A stretch of DNA of 64,000 nt from an uncultured Oscillospiraceae bacterium (GCA_944386995.1 CALXDF010000035.1:6168-70167), one strand, 5' to 3'. Shown: positions 46,771 to 56,242, counted from the stretch's first letter. Translations and numbers: made by a program. Notes: generated from the sequence alone by a model not told the origin.

Positions 46771-47962
46771 GGCACGCCTCCCCAGAGAGGATCCACACCG
46801 GGTTCTGGGCGTCCATCAGGTGGTAGCGCCCCGCCTTCCGGGTGCGGGTGGCGGCAATCTGGACAATATCCGCATCGGCAAACCCCAGTGCGTCAAAGCA
46901 CCGCACAGCCTCACCAATCGTCTCCAGGGTCACGGCAGTCACCACCACCCGGACCTCTGGATTTTTCTCCAGTGCCAGACAGAGGATGGCCTCCATGTTT
47001 CCTGAAGTCCCCCCCAGGAACACCCGGTCCGGGGCCGGCAGGTCCGCCAGGGCCTCCGGCGCCATCCCCTCCACAATATGGAGGTTCGTCAGGCCGAATT
47101 TTGTTTTATTCTCCTCCAGCAGGGCTACCGCCTCCGGCTTGCGCTCCACCGCGTAGACCCGCCCCTTGGGGACCGCGCAGCAGCCTTCGATGGAGACAGA
47201 GCCGGTGCCGGCTCCCACATCCCACAGGGTGTGGTGCTCCTCCAGGCGGAGCTTGGAGATACAGAGGCTGCGGACCTCCTCCTTGGTCATGGGCACCTTG
47301 CCCCGCTGAAAGGCGTCGTCCGGGATGCCCGGGGCGGTATACTGCCGGCAGATAGGGTGGTCGTTCTCCGCCAGCACCACGGCAAGGCTGTCAAACGCCC
47401 GGCCCGCCAGTTCCCCGGCGGTTCCACGGGTGATGGCCTCATCTGGGTAGCTCAGCCGCTCCCCCACGGTGATGCGGACAGTATCCATGCCCCAGTCTGT
47501 CAGCTCCCGGCACAGATCCCCCGCCCGGTAATTGCCGCCGGTGAGGACAAAGGTGCGCTCGTGGCTCTGGATCTCCCCCGGGGCATTGTGGGCGCGGCCG
47601 TGGGCCGATACCAGGTGCACGTCCTCCCAGGGGGTGCGGCACCGGGCACAGAAGTATACCAGGCTGCTGATTCCCGGCAGGGCCTCCACCTCGTATCCCT
47701 CCAGGAGGGGGTAGAGGTTCTTTGCCCCGGAATAGAATCCAATGTCGCCGCTGAGGAGTACCGACACAGGCCCCGCACTCTCCCCGGCGATGGCCTCGGC
47801 AATATCCTTCGCCAGGATCGCCCGAACCAGTTTCTTCCCTGCATAGCCCTCCAGGAGCCGGGGAGCGCCGATGAGCAGCGTACTCGCGTCAATGGCCCGC
47901 CGGGCAGCCAGGGTCAAGGTCTCCGGATTTCCCATCCCTACGCCAATCAAATAGACCTTCAT
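46763..47962 (-). CDS. cbiET: Fused cobalt-precorrin-7 (C5)- / cobalt-precorrin-6B (C15)-methyltransferase (decarboxylating)
   Basis: 399 aa. The N-terminus YLIGVGMGNPETLT is a tetrapyrrole methylase (CbiE). The C-terminal class-I SAM methylase block is WDVGAGTGSVSIE (CbiT). Confidence 0.88.
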   Translation of the reverse strand: MKVYLIGVGMGNPETLTLAARRAIDASTLLIGAPRLLEGYAGKKLVRAILAKDIAEAIAGESAGPVSVLLSGDIGFYSGAKNLYPLLEGYEVEALPGISSLVYFCARCRTPWEDVHLVSAHGRAHNAPGEIQSHERTFVLTGGNYRAGDLCRELTDWGMDTVRITVGERLSYPDEAITRGTAGELAGRAFDSLAVVLAENDHPICRQYTAPGIPDDAFQRGKVPMTKEEVRSLCISKLRLEEHHTLWDVGAGTGSVSIEGCCAVPKGRVYAVERKPEAVALLEENKTKFGLTNLHIVEGMAPEALADLPAPDRVFLGGTSGNMEAILCLALEKNPEVRVVVTAVTLETIGEAVRCFDALGFADADIVQIAATRTRKAGRYHLMDAQNPVWILSGEACHE

Positions 47963-48699
47963 CGTTCCATCATCCTCATGATCGTGTCCTGTATCTCATC
48001 CATGGCCAGCCCTTCCTCTTCCACGGGCCGCTCCACCACCAGGAGGTCACACCCCGCCTCCCGGGCGGCGTCTGCCTTCTCCCGGAATCCGCCGTAGCTC
48101 CCGGTATTCTTGGTTACCAGGGTCTTGATATCGAACTGGCGCAGGGTGGCCACATTCATTTCCCGGGAAAAGGGTCCCTGCATGCAGATGATGTTTTTCG
48201 GCGGGAATCCCAAACTAAGGCACCGCTCCAGGGAGTCCGCCATGGGCAGCACCCGGGGATAACACCGCTCCACAAGGCCCGGAAGGGCAAAGCAGTTCAG
48301 CTCCTTGCTGCCGGTGGTGAGAAGAACGTTCCCCGGCATCTCCAGCAGCATCTCCGCCGCCGCTTTCATGGTGTCCGCCTTGTGGCACTGATCCTCCCCG
48401 TCGGACTGGCGCAGCAGGCGCAGATCCGGCACGCCCGCCGCCTCCGCGGCGGAGCGGATGTTTTTTGTCACCTCCACAGCGTAGGGGTGGGTAGCGTCGA
48501 TCACCAGGGTGTATCCCTGCCCCATCAAATTTTCCATGGCCGGGGCATCCATCCGCCCAACGTGGACGTCCATCCCCTCCGGCAGCAGGGTTTCCCCATA
48601 CTCCGTGGCCACAGAAACTGTGAAGGGTATTCCCTTTTCAGAGAGCCACAGGGCCAATTCGTGGCCGTCGCCGGTGCCGGCAAAGAGCAAAATTTTCAT
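47959..48699 (-). CDS. cbiJ: Cobalt-precorrin-6A reductase
   Basis: 246 aa. MKILLFAGTGDG...VSVATEYG...IDATHPYA is the CbiJ/CobK pattern. Confidence 0.85.
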   Translation of the reverse strand: MKILLFAGTGDGHELALWLSEKGIPFTVSVATEYGETLLPEGMDVHVGRMDAPAMENLMGQGYTLVIDATHPYAVEVTKNIRSAAEAAGVPDLRLLRQSDGEDQCHKADTMKAAAEMLLEMPGNVLLTTGSKELNCFALPGLVERCYPRVLPMADSLERCLSLGFPPKNIICMQGPFSREMNVATLRQFDIKTLVTKNTGSYGGFREKADAAREAGCDLLVVERPVEEEGLAMDEIQDTIMRMMER

Positions 48700-48724
48700 G
48701 GAAATCCTCGTTTTCTTTTCCGTC

Positions 48725-49462
48725 TCAGTTCTCCCGCTGGAGGTATCCCCGGGGGGTCACCATCTTGCCGCCAATGAGGCTGGTTTGGCTGTTGCCCACA
48801 AAGACAGTGGTGAACATGTCCACTTCCTCGTTGTCCCGCAGGGCCTTCAGGGTGCAGGTCACCGCCCGCTCCCCCTCCCGGCCGATGTTCTGCACATAGC
48901 CGCAGACTGTGTCGGCGCTCTTGTGGGCCAGCAGAATATCGCAGGCCCGCTGGAGGTAATCCCTCCGGCTGTGGCTGCGGGGGTTGTAGAGGCAGATGAC
49001 AAAGTCCGCCTCCGCCGCCGCGGCCAGACGCTTCTCGATCTTCTCCCAGGGGGTCAGCAGGTCGCTCAGGGAGATGACCGCAAAGTCGTGGGTCAGCGGC
49101 GCCCCCAGCACCGCGGCGCCGCCGCAGGCGGCGGTGATGCCGGGCACCACCTCGATGTCAATGGGCGGATACTCCTGGGCCACCTCGTAGATGAGGCCGG
49201 CCATGCCGTAGACCCCGGAGTCACCGGAGCAGACCACGGCCACATTTTTCCCGTTCACAGCGGCCTCCACCGCCATGCGGCAGCGGTCCACCTCTTTTTT
49301 CATGCCGGTGGATTGCATCTCCTTGTCCGGGAACGCCTCCCGAATAAGGTCAATATAGGCGGTGTAGCCCACCACCAGGTCTGCGGCCTGGATGGCGTCG
49401 TACGCCCGGCCGGTGAGGTCCCGGCCCGCGCCGGGGCCCAGACCCACAACAGTCAGTTTCAT
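48725..49462 (-). CDS. cbiH: Cobalt-factor III (precorrin-3B) C17-methyltransferase
   Basis: 245 aa from ATG 49462. LTVVGLGPGAGRDLT...VVCSGDSGVYGMAG is the CbiH pattern. Confidence 0.88.
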   Translation of the reverse strand: MKLTVVGLGPGAGRDLTGRAYDAIQAADLVVGYTAYIDLIREAFPDKEMQSTGMKKEVDRCRMAVEAAVNGKNVAVVCSGDSGVYGMAGLIYEVAQEYPPIDIEVVPGITAACGGAAVLGAPLTHDFAVISLSDLLTPWEKIEKRLAAAAEADFVICLYNPRSHSRRDYLQRACDILLAHKSADTVCGYVQNIGREGERAVTCTLKALRDNEEVDMFTTVFVGNSQTSLIGGKMVTPRGYLQREN

Positions 49463-49524
49463 TGGTTGATTCTCCTTACAAATGTTATGGTAACGGATGG
49501 GAACCGCCATCCGCCGCTATCCAT

Positions 49525-50532
49525 TCAAAAGCCGGGCAGCATGGCCACCGCCACGGTGACGCCGTTGCCCGCCTGCTTGGGCACCGTCAGTCGCCCCCCG
49601 GAGAGGACCGCCGCGCGCTCGCAGACGTTATCCACGCCGGGGACGCCCTTTACAAATTCCGAGGACGTGAAAACCCCTTTGGCCTTTTGCAGCTCCTCCG
49701 CCGTGTAGGGCACCAGTGGAACCCCCAGGGAGGCGCAGAAGGCCAGCAGCCCCGGCTCGTCCTGTTTCAGGTCGATGGTCCCTACCTGTTTCACCGCTGC
49801 CAAATCCCAGCCCTGGAGAACGTCCTCCACAGCGGCGCGGATGGCCGCCTCACTGGTCCCACGGCGGCAGCCGATGCCCAGGGCCAGACATTTCGGCACC
49901 AGACGCAGCGTCTCCGGAAAGGGTCCGCCACCGGCCCGGCAGGTCACCCAGACCCCCAGGTCCGCTTTCCCCTCGTAGAGCCCCTCCGGGCAGTCCAGGG
50001 GGAGGTCGCTGGCAAAGCCCACCCGTTTTCCTTCCAGAAGGGCGGCGGAAACTGCCTTGGCCAGACTCCGGTCCGTAATCGCCAGCCCGTGCTTCACTGC
50101 CCACTCGTCTACAGCAAAGAGGCCGTTGACATCGGTGGCGGTGCTGACCACCGGCGTTGCCCCCAGCACTTCCGCCACATGGCGGGCCAGGTCGTTGGCC
50201 CCGCCCACGTGGCCGCTGAGGAGGGGCACCACAAACCGCCCGGCCTCGTCCAGGCTCAGCACTGCCGGGTCGGTGAACTTGTCCTTCACATAGGGCGCAA
50301 TGGCCCGGACAGCGATCCCCGCAGCCCCCACAAAGATCAGGGCGTCCTGGTCGGCAAAGCGGTCGCCAGCCCAGAGGCCTACCCTCTCATAGCCGTCAGG
50401 CAGGGACAGTTCCTCCGCCAGCCGACCGGGGTAGTCCAACACGCAGACCTGCCCCTCCTCCGCCAGGAGGGCCTTCAGCCGCTCCGCCAGGACCGCCCCC
50501 CGCCGGGTGAAGGCGGTAAGGGCGATCTTCAT
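49525..50532 (-). CDS. cbiG: Cobalt-precorrin-5A hydrolase
   Basis: 335 aa with the three-part CbiG architecture. The C-terminal block LGIGCRRG...V..ERAA is typical. Confidence 0.85.
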   Translation of the reverse strand: MKIALTAFTRRGAVLAERLKALLAEEGQVCVLDYPGRLAEELSLPDGYERVGLWAGDRFADQDALIFVGAAGIAVRAIAPYVKDKFTDPAVLSLDEAGRFVVPLLSGHVGGANDLARHVAEVLGATPVVSTATDVNGLFAVDEWAVKHGLAITDRSLAKAVSAALLEGKRVGFASDLPLDCPEGLYEGKADLGVWVTCRAGGGPFPETLRLVPKCLALGIGCRRGTSEAAIRAAVEDVLQGWDLAAVKQVGTIDLKQDEPGLLAFCASLGVPLVPYTAEELQKAKGVFTSSEFVKGVPGVDNVCERAAVLSGGRLTVPKQAGNGVTVAVAMLPGF

Positions 50533-51287
50533 TTGCAGGCCTCCCGGTAGCCGTGGGTAAAGGTGGGATCGTAGAGCTTACTGCGCTCATACTGATCGCC
50601 CAGGAACCCGCCGACCGTGATGAGGGCGGTCTTGGTGATGTGGTTCTCTTTCGCCGTTTTTGCCAGGGTGCCCACGGTGCAGCGGAACACCTTCTCATCC
50701 GGCCAAGTGGCCTTGTAGACGATGGCCGCCGGGGTATCAGCGGTGTAGGCGCCGCCGGAGAGGAGCTCCTTCTCCACATCCTCCAGCAGCCCCGTGGAGA
50801 GGAAGAGTACCATGGTGCAGCCGTGGGAGGCCATCTTCCGCAGTTCCTCCCCCTCGGGTACCGGCGTCCGACCCGCCATGCGGGTGATAATGACGCTCTG
50901 GCTCACCTCTGGCAGCGTATACTCGGCGCACAGCGCCGCGGCGGCCCCGCAGAAGGAGGACACGCCGGGGGTGTCGTCATAGGGCAGGCCCAACCGGTCC
51001 AGCTCGTCCATCTGCTCCCGGATGGCCCCGTAGAGGCAGGGGTCCCCGGTGTGGAGGCGGACGGTATCCTTCCCGCTCTTCTCATTCTCGGCCATGACGG
51101 CGATGACCTCCTCCATGGTCATGCCGGCGCTGTCGTAGACGGCGCAGCCCTCCTTCTTATAGTCCAGCAGAGCGGGATTGACCAGGCTCCCGGCGTAGAT
51201 GATGCAGTCCGCCTCCCCCAGCAGTCTCGCCCCCCGGACGGTGATCAGGTCCGCCCCGCCGGGGCCGGCGCCAATAAAATGGATCAT
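50529..51287 (-). CDS. cbiF: Cobalt-precorrin-4 C11-methyltransferase
   Basis: 252 aa. IHFIGAGPGGADLITVRG...VRLHTGDPCLYGA is present. A strong RBS, TAGGAGGAA, lies upstream. Confidence 0.9.
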   Translation of the reverse strand: MIHFIGAGPGGADLITVRGARLLGEADCIIYAGSLVNPALLDYKKEGCAVYDSAGMTMEEVIAVMAENEKSGKDTVRLHTGDPCLYGAIREQMDELDRLGLPYDDTPGVSSFCGAAAALCAEYTLPEVSQSVIITRMAGRTPVPEGEELRKMASHGCTMVLFLSTGLLEDVEKELLSGGAYTADTPAAIVYKATWPDEKVFRCTVGTLAKTAKENHITKTALITVGGFLGDQYERSKLYDPTFTHGYREACK

Positions 51288-51345
51288 ATGGTTCCTCCTA
51301 TATCGTCACATTTTTAATTGGATACTTGGATACAGTCTTCTGATG

Positions 51346-52488
51346 CTACCGCGCCGCTCTGTGCAGGGCCAGGAGCCTGTCCGCCCCAGGTGTCCGCCCC
51401 AGGATGCCGAACTGGTTGGAGAAGAACACCGCCTCGATCTGCATACCCTCCCCCGCCCGGTGCTTCAGGTTTTCATCCAGGGCGGCCGCCACAGAGGCCA
51501 TCACCGGTTCCCGGAGCCCCGCTGCATCCAGCAGCTCCACAGCCCGGTCGGTGGTGGGGCTCTCAAAAACGGCGCGCACCAGCTCCCTGCCGCCGCCCTG
51601 CAGGGCGGTGTGGGCCGCCAGCGTCTCCCGGCGGCCGTCAGCGGTCTTGGAGTGGGTATTCATCGCTCCGCCAGCCACCTTCACCAGCTTTCCCAGGTGG
51701 CCCACCAGGAGGAAGCTTTCAAACCCAAGCCCCACGGCGCAGTCGATGGCATCCCCCACATAGTTGCTGCACAGGGCCCAGTCCCGAAGGTCCAGCCCCA
51801 GCACATCCCGGGAGAAGTCCTCTCCATAATTGCCCGGAGTCACTAGGATATGTCTGGCCCCCCTGGCGCGGACCGTAGACATCTCCAGACGGTTGGACTC
51901 GATCAGGGCAGACTCGCTCATGGGACGGACGATTCCGCTGGTGCCCAGCACCGAAATACCGCCCACAATCCCCAGGCGGGGGTTGAAGGTCCGCTTTGCC
52001 AATTCAATCCCCGCCGGAACGGAGATCATGACGGCGAGGCCTCCAGTATAGTGGTGCTGTGCCATCGCCGCCTCCAGCTGCTCCCGGATCATGCGCCGGG
52101 GGGTGGAATTGATTGCCGCCGCCCCCACCGGCTGGTCAAGTCCGGGCTTCGTCACCCGGCCCACGCCCTCGCCGCCGTCAATGGTGACGCCAGGCGTCTC
52201 TGTCTTTTCTACCCTAGCATAGACCAGGGTCCCGTCGGTGACGTCCGGGTCGTCGCCCCCATCCTTCTCTACAGCGCAGGAGGCCCATCCGGATCCTGCC
52301 GCTGTCTCCAGCAGGTCCGCTGTAATGGGGATCCCCGCCGGCGTCTCCAGCCGAACGGCGGGCGGCCAGGCGCCGCCCAGCAGGCGCTCCGCCGCACCCC
52401 GCGCCGCTGCGGCGGCACAGGAGCCGGTGGTATAGCCGCAGCGCAGCTGACTCTGCCCCACCGGGATATAATGCTCCAGTTTTGCCAT
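51346..52488 (-). CDS. cbiD: Cobalt-precorrin-5B (C1)-methyltransferase
   Basis: 380 aa from ATG 52488. LRCGYTTGSCAAAAA and GISVLGTSGIV.P are CbiD signature blocks. The ORF-track start at 52599 runs through the riboswitch terminator. Confidence 0.9.
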   Translation of the reverse strand: MAKLEHYIPVGQSQLRCGYTTGSCAAAAARGAAERLLGGAWPPAVRLETPAGIPITADLLETAAGSGWASCAVEKDGGDDPDVTDGTLVYARVEKTETPGVTIDGGEGVGRVTKPGLDQPVGAAAINSTPRRMIREQLEAAMAQHHYTGGLAVMISVPAGIELAKRTFNPRLGIVGGISVLGTSGIVRPMSESALIESNRLEMSTVRARGARHILVTPGNYGEDFSRDVLGLDLRDWALCSNYVGDAIDCAVGLGFESFLLVGHLGKLVKVAGGAMNTHSKTADGRRETLAAHTALQGGGRELVRAVFESPTTDRAVELLDAAGLREPVMASVAAALDENLKHRAGEGMQIEAVFFSNQFGILGRTPGADRLLALHRAAR

Positions 52489-52509
52489 GGTTTCCCCCTT
52501 TTTCCCAGG

Positions 52510-52727
52510 AAAAAGCGCCCTCTCCATACTTGGAGAGGGCGCTCGCGTCTCGTTGAGATGCCAGCCTCCCCACCTAGGAGCGCTGTCGGCAGCGGTCACA
52601 TCGGGTCTTCTGGCTCACACCCCATGGGTGCTGACAGTAGAGGTAAGACTGCGCCGGATTTTCACCGGACTTCCCCCGCACCGCGGCAACAGCCGCGAAA
52701 TGTGACTGCGTTTCTTATCCACATTCA
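52510..52727 (-). promoter_or_regulatory. Cobalamin (AdoCbl-type) riboswitch with intrinsic terminator expression platform
   Basis: The minus strand reads ...GCGGGGGAAGTCCGGTGAAAATCCGGCGCAGTC...CTACTGTCAGC...GAGCCAGAAGACCCGA.... These are the GGGAA-GGTGAAAATCC-GCGCAG core and a B12-box-like AGCCAGAAGACC. A 12-bp terminator follows, AGCGCCCTCTCC/GGAGAGGGCGCT (52514-52543) plus TTTTT, about 20 nt before the cbiD RBS. Confidence 0.85.
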
Positions 52728-52734
52728 GGTTTAT

Positions 52735-52763
52735 AGTATAGCAGTTTTCTTTTTCCTTGTAAA
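52735..52763 (-). promoter_or_regulatory. SigmaA-type promoter of the cobalamin operon
   Basis: On the minus strand: TTTACA (52758-52763), a 17-nt spacer, then TATACT (52735-52740), directly upstream of the riboswitch. Confidence 0.55.
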
Positions 52764-52826
52764 GAAATTTCCCGGAATTTCTCCTCCGGTATTTTCACTT
52801 TTTTTGGAAAGTGCGACGCTTTTCCC

Positions 52827-52855
52827 TTGACGGTTCCCTCTCTGTCGAGTAGGAT
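52827..52855 (+). promoter_or_regulatory. SigmaA-type promoter candidate for the AI-2E transporter gene
   Basis: TTGACG (52827-52832), a 17-nt spacer, then TAGGAT (52850-52855). Confidence 0.35.
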
Positions 52856-52890
52856 AGGAATAACGGATTTCTTGACGCAAGGAGGCTGCC

Positions 52891-54036
52891 ATGGAACTGA
52901 ATCGCGCGACTATGCGAAAATTGATTTTTTTGATTGTGCTGGTCTTTCTTCTGTTCGCCTGCGCCCAAAATGTAGATGGAATTGCAGAGGGCCTGCGCTT
53001 TCTGGTGGGAATCCTGTCCCCCTTCCTCGTGGGCGGCGCCATGGCATTCATTCTCAATGTCCCTCTTCATTTTCTGGAAACCAAGCCACTGCGGGGCCTG
53101 CACCGCAGCAAGCGTCTGAAAAAACTGGCCCGCCCCCTGAGCCTGCTGCTGACATTGCTGCTGGTCATTCTGGTGATCCTGATTCTCCTGCTGGTGATCA
53201 TCCCCCAGCTGGGAGACTCCATTACCAGCCTTGGAGCCTCCATTCAGGCCGCCGTGCCCCGGTTTATCAACTGGGCGGAAGAGCTGTTTGCCAATAATCC
53301 TCAAATCGTTGACTGGCTGAACTCCCTCACCTTTGACTGGAACCGCCTGCTGAACAGCATTATGGATTTCCTGAAGAACGGCGCCGGCGACGTCCTCAAT
53401 ACCACGATTTCCGCTGCCCAGTCCGTGGTCAGCGCTATCACCAGCTTCTTTATCGCCTTCGTCTTTGCCTGCTATATTCTGCTGCAAAAGGAAAAACTTG
53501 GCCGGCAGGCCCGCAAAGTCCTCTACGCGCTTCTTCCCAAGCGCGTCGCTGAAAAAATTATGTCCATCGCTTCTCTCAGTTACCGGATTTTTGCCAGTTT
53601 TATCACCGGGCAGTGCATAGAAGCCGTGATTCTGGGTGCCATGTTCTTTGTGGTCCTGTCCATCCTCCAGATCCCCTATGCTCTGCTCATCGGCTGTCTC
53701 ATCGCGGTGACTGCCCTCATCCCCATTGTGGGGGCGTTTATCGGCTGTGCTGTGGGTGCTTTCCTGCTGCTGATGGTCTCTCCGGCCAAAGCGTTGCTGT
53801 TTGTAATCCTGTTCCTGGTCCTCCAGCAGATCGAGGGCAATCTGATCTACCCACATGTCGTCGGCAGCTCCGTCGGGCTCCCCTCCATCTGGGTATTGGT
53901 GGCAGTGACAGTGGGCGGCAGCCTTATGGGCGTCAGCGGGATGCTCCTTTTTATCCCACTGACCTCGGTACTCTATACGCTCTTCCGTGAGTTTGTCAAC
54001 CGGCGGCTTCAGGAGCGAAACATCCGGGTCAAATAG
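52891..54036 (+). CDS. AI-2E family transporter (PerM/YhhT, UPF0118)
   Basis: 381 aa, about 8 TM helices. The blocks ...FFIAFVFACYILLQKEKL... and QQIEGNLIYPHVVG are typical of the family. AAGGAGG lies 5 nt upstream. Confidence 0.85.
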   Translation: MELNRATMRKLIFLIVLVFLLFACAQNVDGIAEGLRFLVGILSPFLVGGAMAFILNVPLHFLETKPLRGLHRSKRLKKLARPLSLLLTLLLVILVILILLLVIIPQLGDSITSLGASIQAAVPRFINWAEELFANNPQIVDWLNSLTFDWNRLLNSIMDFLKNGAGDVLNTTISAAQSVVSAITSFFIAFVFACYILLQKEKLGRQARKVLYALLPKRVAEKIMSIASLSYRIFASFITGQCIEAVILGAMFFVVLSILQIPYALLIGCLIAVTALIPIVGAFIGCAVGAFLLLMVSPAKALLFVILFLVLQQIEGNLIYPHVVGSSVGLPSIWVLVAVTVGGSLMGVSGMLLFIPLTSVLYTLFREFVNRRLQERNIRVK

Positions 54037-54098
54037 CGTGGATCCGGCTGCTGCCGGACACAATGAAAATGAGCGGGCAAATATACAGGAGGTACCTT

Positions 54099-54689
54099 AT
54101 GAAGATCATCTGCATGGGCGACAGCATCACCTACGGCTGCGGCCTCACCGACCTCTCCCAGCGGTGGACAGATCTGGCGGCGGCGCGCACCGGCCATGTC
54201 CTTGTCAACCGCGGCATCAACGGCGACACCACCGGCGGCATGCTGGCCCGGTGCCAGAACCAGGTGTTCGCCCAGTCCCCCGACGCCATGATCCTGCTGG
54301 GCGGCATCAACGACATCAACCTCACCGCTCAGTACCGCCCGGTCTGTGCCAATGTAGCGGCCATTGCCCGGCAGGCCATGGCCATGGATCTGCCCATCCT
54401 GATCGGTCTCCCCCTGCCCATTGTGCCGGAGGAGATGCACGTCATGGGGTGGGACAAGGACTGTGACCCCTTCCGCTCTGTGCAGCTGTGCGAGCAGTAT
54501 ACCCAGTGGCTCCGCGCCTTCTGCGCCAGCAAGGAGCTGCCGCTGGTGGACTTCCGCAGCCCCTTCTTCCACTCCGACGGCACCGTCCGCCGTGAGCTGT
54601 TCCAGGACGGCCTCCACCCCACGGCGGCGGGCCACGCCCTGATGGCGGACGTCCTGTGTCAGGTGCTCTCAGAGCGGTTTCCGGGATAA
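54099..54689 (+). CDS. SGNH/GDSL hydrolase-family protein
   Basis: 196 aa from ATG 54099, behind AGGAGG. IICMGDSITYG is block I (GDS), GINGD is block II, and DGLHPT is block V (DxxH). Confidence 0.8.
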   Translation: MKIICMGDSITYGCGLTDLSQRWTDLAAARTGHVLVNRGINGDTTGGMLARCQNQVFAQSPDAMILLGGINDINLTAQYRPVCANVAAIARQAMAMDLPILIGLPLPIVPEEMHVMGWDKDCDPFRSVQLCEQYTQWLRAFCASKELPLVDFRSPFFHSDGTVRRELFQDGLHPTAAGHALMADVLCQVLSERFPG

Positions 54690-54706
54690 GAAAAAGCAAG
54701 AATATG

Positions 54707-54741
54707 GGAGGGCCCTGCCGTGCCGGCAGGGTCCTCCTTTT
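54707..54741 (+). terminator. Rho-independent terminator after the SGNH hydrolase gene
   Basis: 14-bp stem ggagggccctgccg / cggcagggtcctcc with one G-U pair and a 3-nt loop, then TTTTG. Confidence 0.75.
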
Positions 54742-54757
54742 GTTATGCAAAATCCCT

Positions 54758-55555
54758 TTACAGCAGTTTTCCCACCTGGTAGTAGCTCTCAAGCCACTTG
54801 ACAAATCCAGTCTCCGGGTAGTAGGTCATATAGGTCCGCAGGCCCCAGTCCGTCTCCAGGCGGATGCCCACGGCGCCGGCGCTGGCGTTCATGACCGCGC
54901 TGGTCTGCTCATGGAAATCCTCCCAGCCAAAAGAGGGAGCGGCCAGCAGGGTGTCGTAAAACGCTTCCGGGGACAGCAGCTGCTCTCCGCTGTGCCGGTC
55001 CCTGACTGCGGCGATGTCGGCGGGAGACTGGATGCCGTAGACCTGGAACATCGTCTCCGCCTCCGCATAGCCGCTCTCATCCCCGGCGACAAAGCCGGTG
55101 AAGGCCAGGTACCACCACTCCCCCTCATGGCCCTCGTCGGTCCGGTGCAGGAGGTAGAGGGCCGCGGGGGCAGTGCCGCTTCTGCCCTCCAGGGGGACAT
55201 AGGCGTAGACGTCGCCGTAGTCTGGGGCGGTGTCCACCCGCTGGCCGATCATCTCCTCCGTGATGGCGTCCGGCAGATGCAGCCGCTCCAGGTCCGTCTC
55301 GTAGTGGGTGCCGACGATCTCATAGAGCGCCCCGTGGAGCTGGAGCACGTCCCGGTCGGAGACAAAGCACCCGTCGTCACTGCCGCCGTGCTCCGTCATG
55401 GCCCGCAGGAAGGGGTACATGCCCACCAGCAGCACCACAAAGCAGGCCGCCACCGCGGCGATGCGCACCACCGGGTGGTGCCGGCGGGTGTTGGCCTCGG
55501 CGATCAGCTCCTCCGGCAGGTCGTTCATGGCCTCCAGCAGTTTTTCGCTCTTCAC
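54758..55555 (-). CDS. Single-pass membrane protein, putative anti-sigma factor partner
   Basis: 265 aa. The N-terminus LLEAMNDLPEELIAEA is followed by one TM helix (VVRIAAVAACFVVLLVGMYPF). ATGA-type 4-nt overlap with the upstream ECF sigma gene. No family recognised for the extracytoplasmic domain. Confidence 0.5.
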   Translation of the reverse strand: MKSEKLLEAMNDLPEELIAEANTRRHHPVVRIAAVAACFVVLLVGMYPFLRAMTEHGGSDDGCFVSDRDVLQLHGALYEIVGTHYETDLERLHLPDAITEEMIGQRVDTAPDYGDVYAYVPLEGRSGTAPAALYLLHRTDEGHEGEWWYLAFTGFVAGDESGYAEAETMFQVYGIQSPADIAAVRDRHSGEQLLSPEAFYDTLLAAPSFGWEDFHEQTSAVMNASAGAVGIRLETDWGLRTYMTYYPETGFVKWLESYYQVGKLL

Positions 55556-56109
55556 AGCAGCCCCTCCTCTCCCAGTTTTTCCCGCAGCTCCAGGCGCATC
55601 CGATGGAGCATGGACTTGACCTTGCCCTCGCTCATGGCCAGCTGCCGGGCGATCACCGGCACGGTGTTGAGATACCAGTACCGCCGGATGAACACCATCC
55701 GCTTCAGGGCGCTCTGTCCCCGCAGATACGCCGTCACCGCCTCAGCGAGGGCTTTGGCGTCCATCTGCTCCTCCGGCGTCTCCCCGCCAGCCACACACTC
55801 CTCCAGCTCCGCCAGGGCCAGGGGCACCTCTCCCCCGCCCCGCCGGGCCGCCTGGCGGCTGCGCCAGCGGTTCAGAGCCAGGTTCCGGGTGATCTTCCCC
55901 AGAAAGGCCGAGAGCCGGGCCGGCCGGTGGGGCGGCATGGCGTTCCAGGACCGCAGCCACGTGTCGTTGACGCACTCCTCCGCGTCCCGCTGCTCCGTCA
56001 AAATATTCTGAGCAATGGCCATGCAGTAGGGCTCGTACTTCTCCCTGCAGGCCTGGATGGCCCCCTCGTCCCGGTCAAAGTACATCGCGATGATCTGAGA
56101 ATCCTCCAT
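55552..56109 (-). CDS. ECF-type sigma-70 family RNA polymerase sigma factor
   Basis: 185 aa. Region 2 is DAEECVNDTWLRSWN and region 4 HTH is VIARQLAMSEGKVKSMLHRMRLELREKL. Confidence 0.8.
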   Translation of the reverse strand: MEDSQIIAMYFDRDEGAIQACREKYEPYCMAIAQNILTEQRDAEECVNDTWLRSWNAMPPHRPARLSAFLGKITRNLALNRWRSRQAARRGGGEVPLALAELEECVAGGETPEEQMDAKALAEAVTAYLRGQSALKRMVFIRRYWYLNTVPVIARQLAMSEGKVKSMLHRMRLELREKLGEEGLL

Positions 56110-56170
56110 GGGCCTCCCTCCTTTTCCCTTTCACCTGTATTCACCCGATTTTTCGGGAGACGTTTCGTCC

Positions 56171-56199
56171 AGTATACGAAAAATTTTCTTCTCTGTCCA
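56171..56199 (-). promoter_or_regulatory. SigmaA-type promoter candidate for the ECF sigma operon
   Basis: On the minus strand: TGGACA (56194-56199), a 17-nt spacer, then TATACT (56171-56176). Confidence 0.35.
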
Positions 56200-56217
56200 C
56201 CAGAATGATAAAAGAAG

Positions 56218-56242
56218 TCCCGCGCCCCAGGTGGACGCGGGA
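56218..56242 (-). terminator. Terminator-like hairpin between the repeat region and the ECF sigma promoter
   Basis: 7-bp stem tcccgcg / cgcggga with an 11-nt loop. On the minus strand it is followed by CTTCTTTTAT. Confidence 0.4.
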
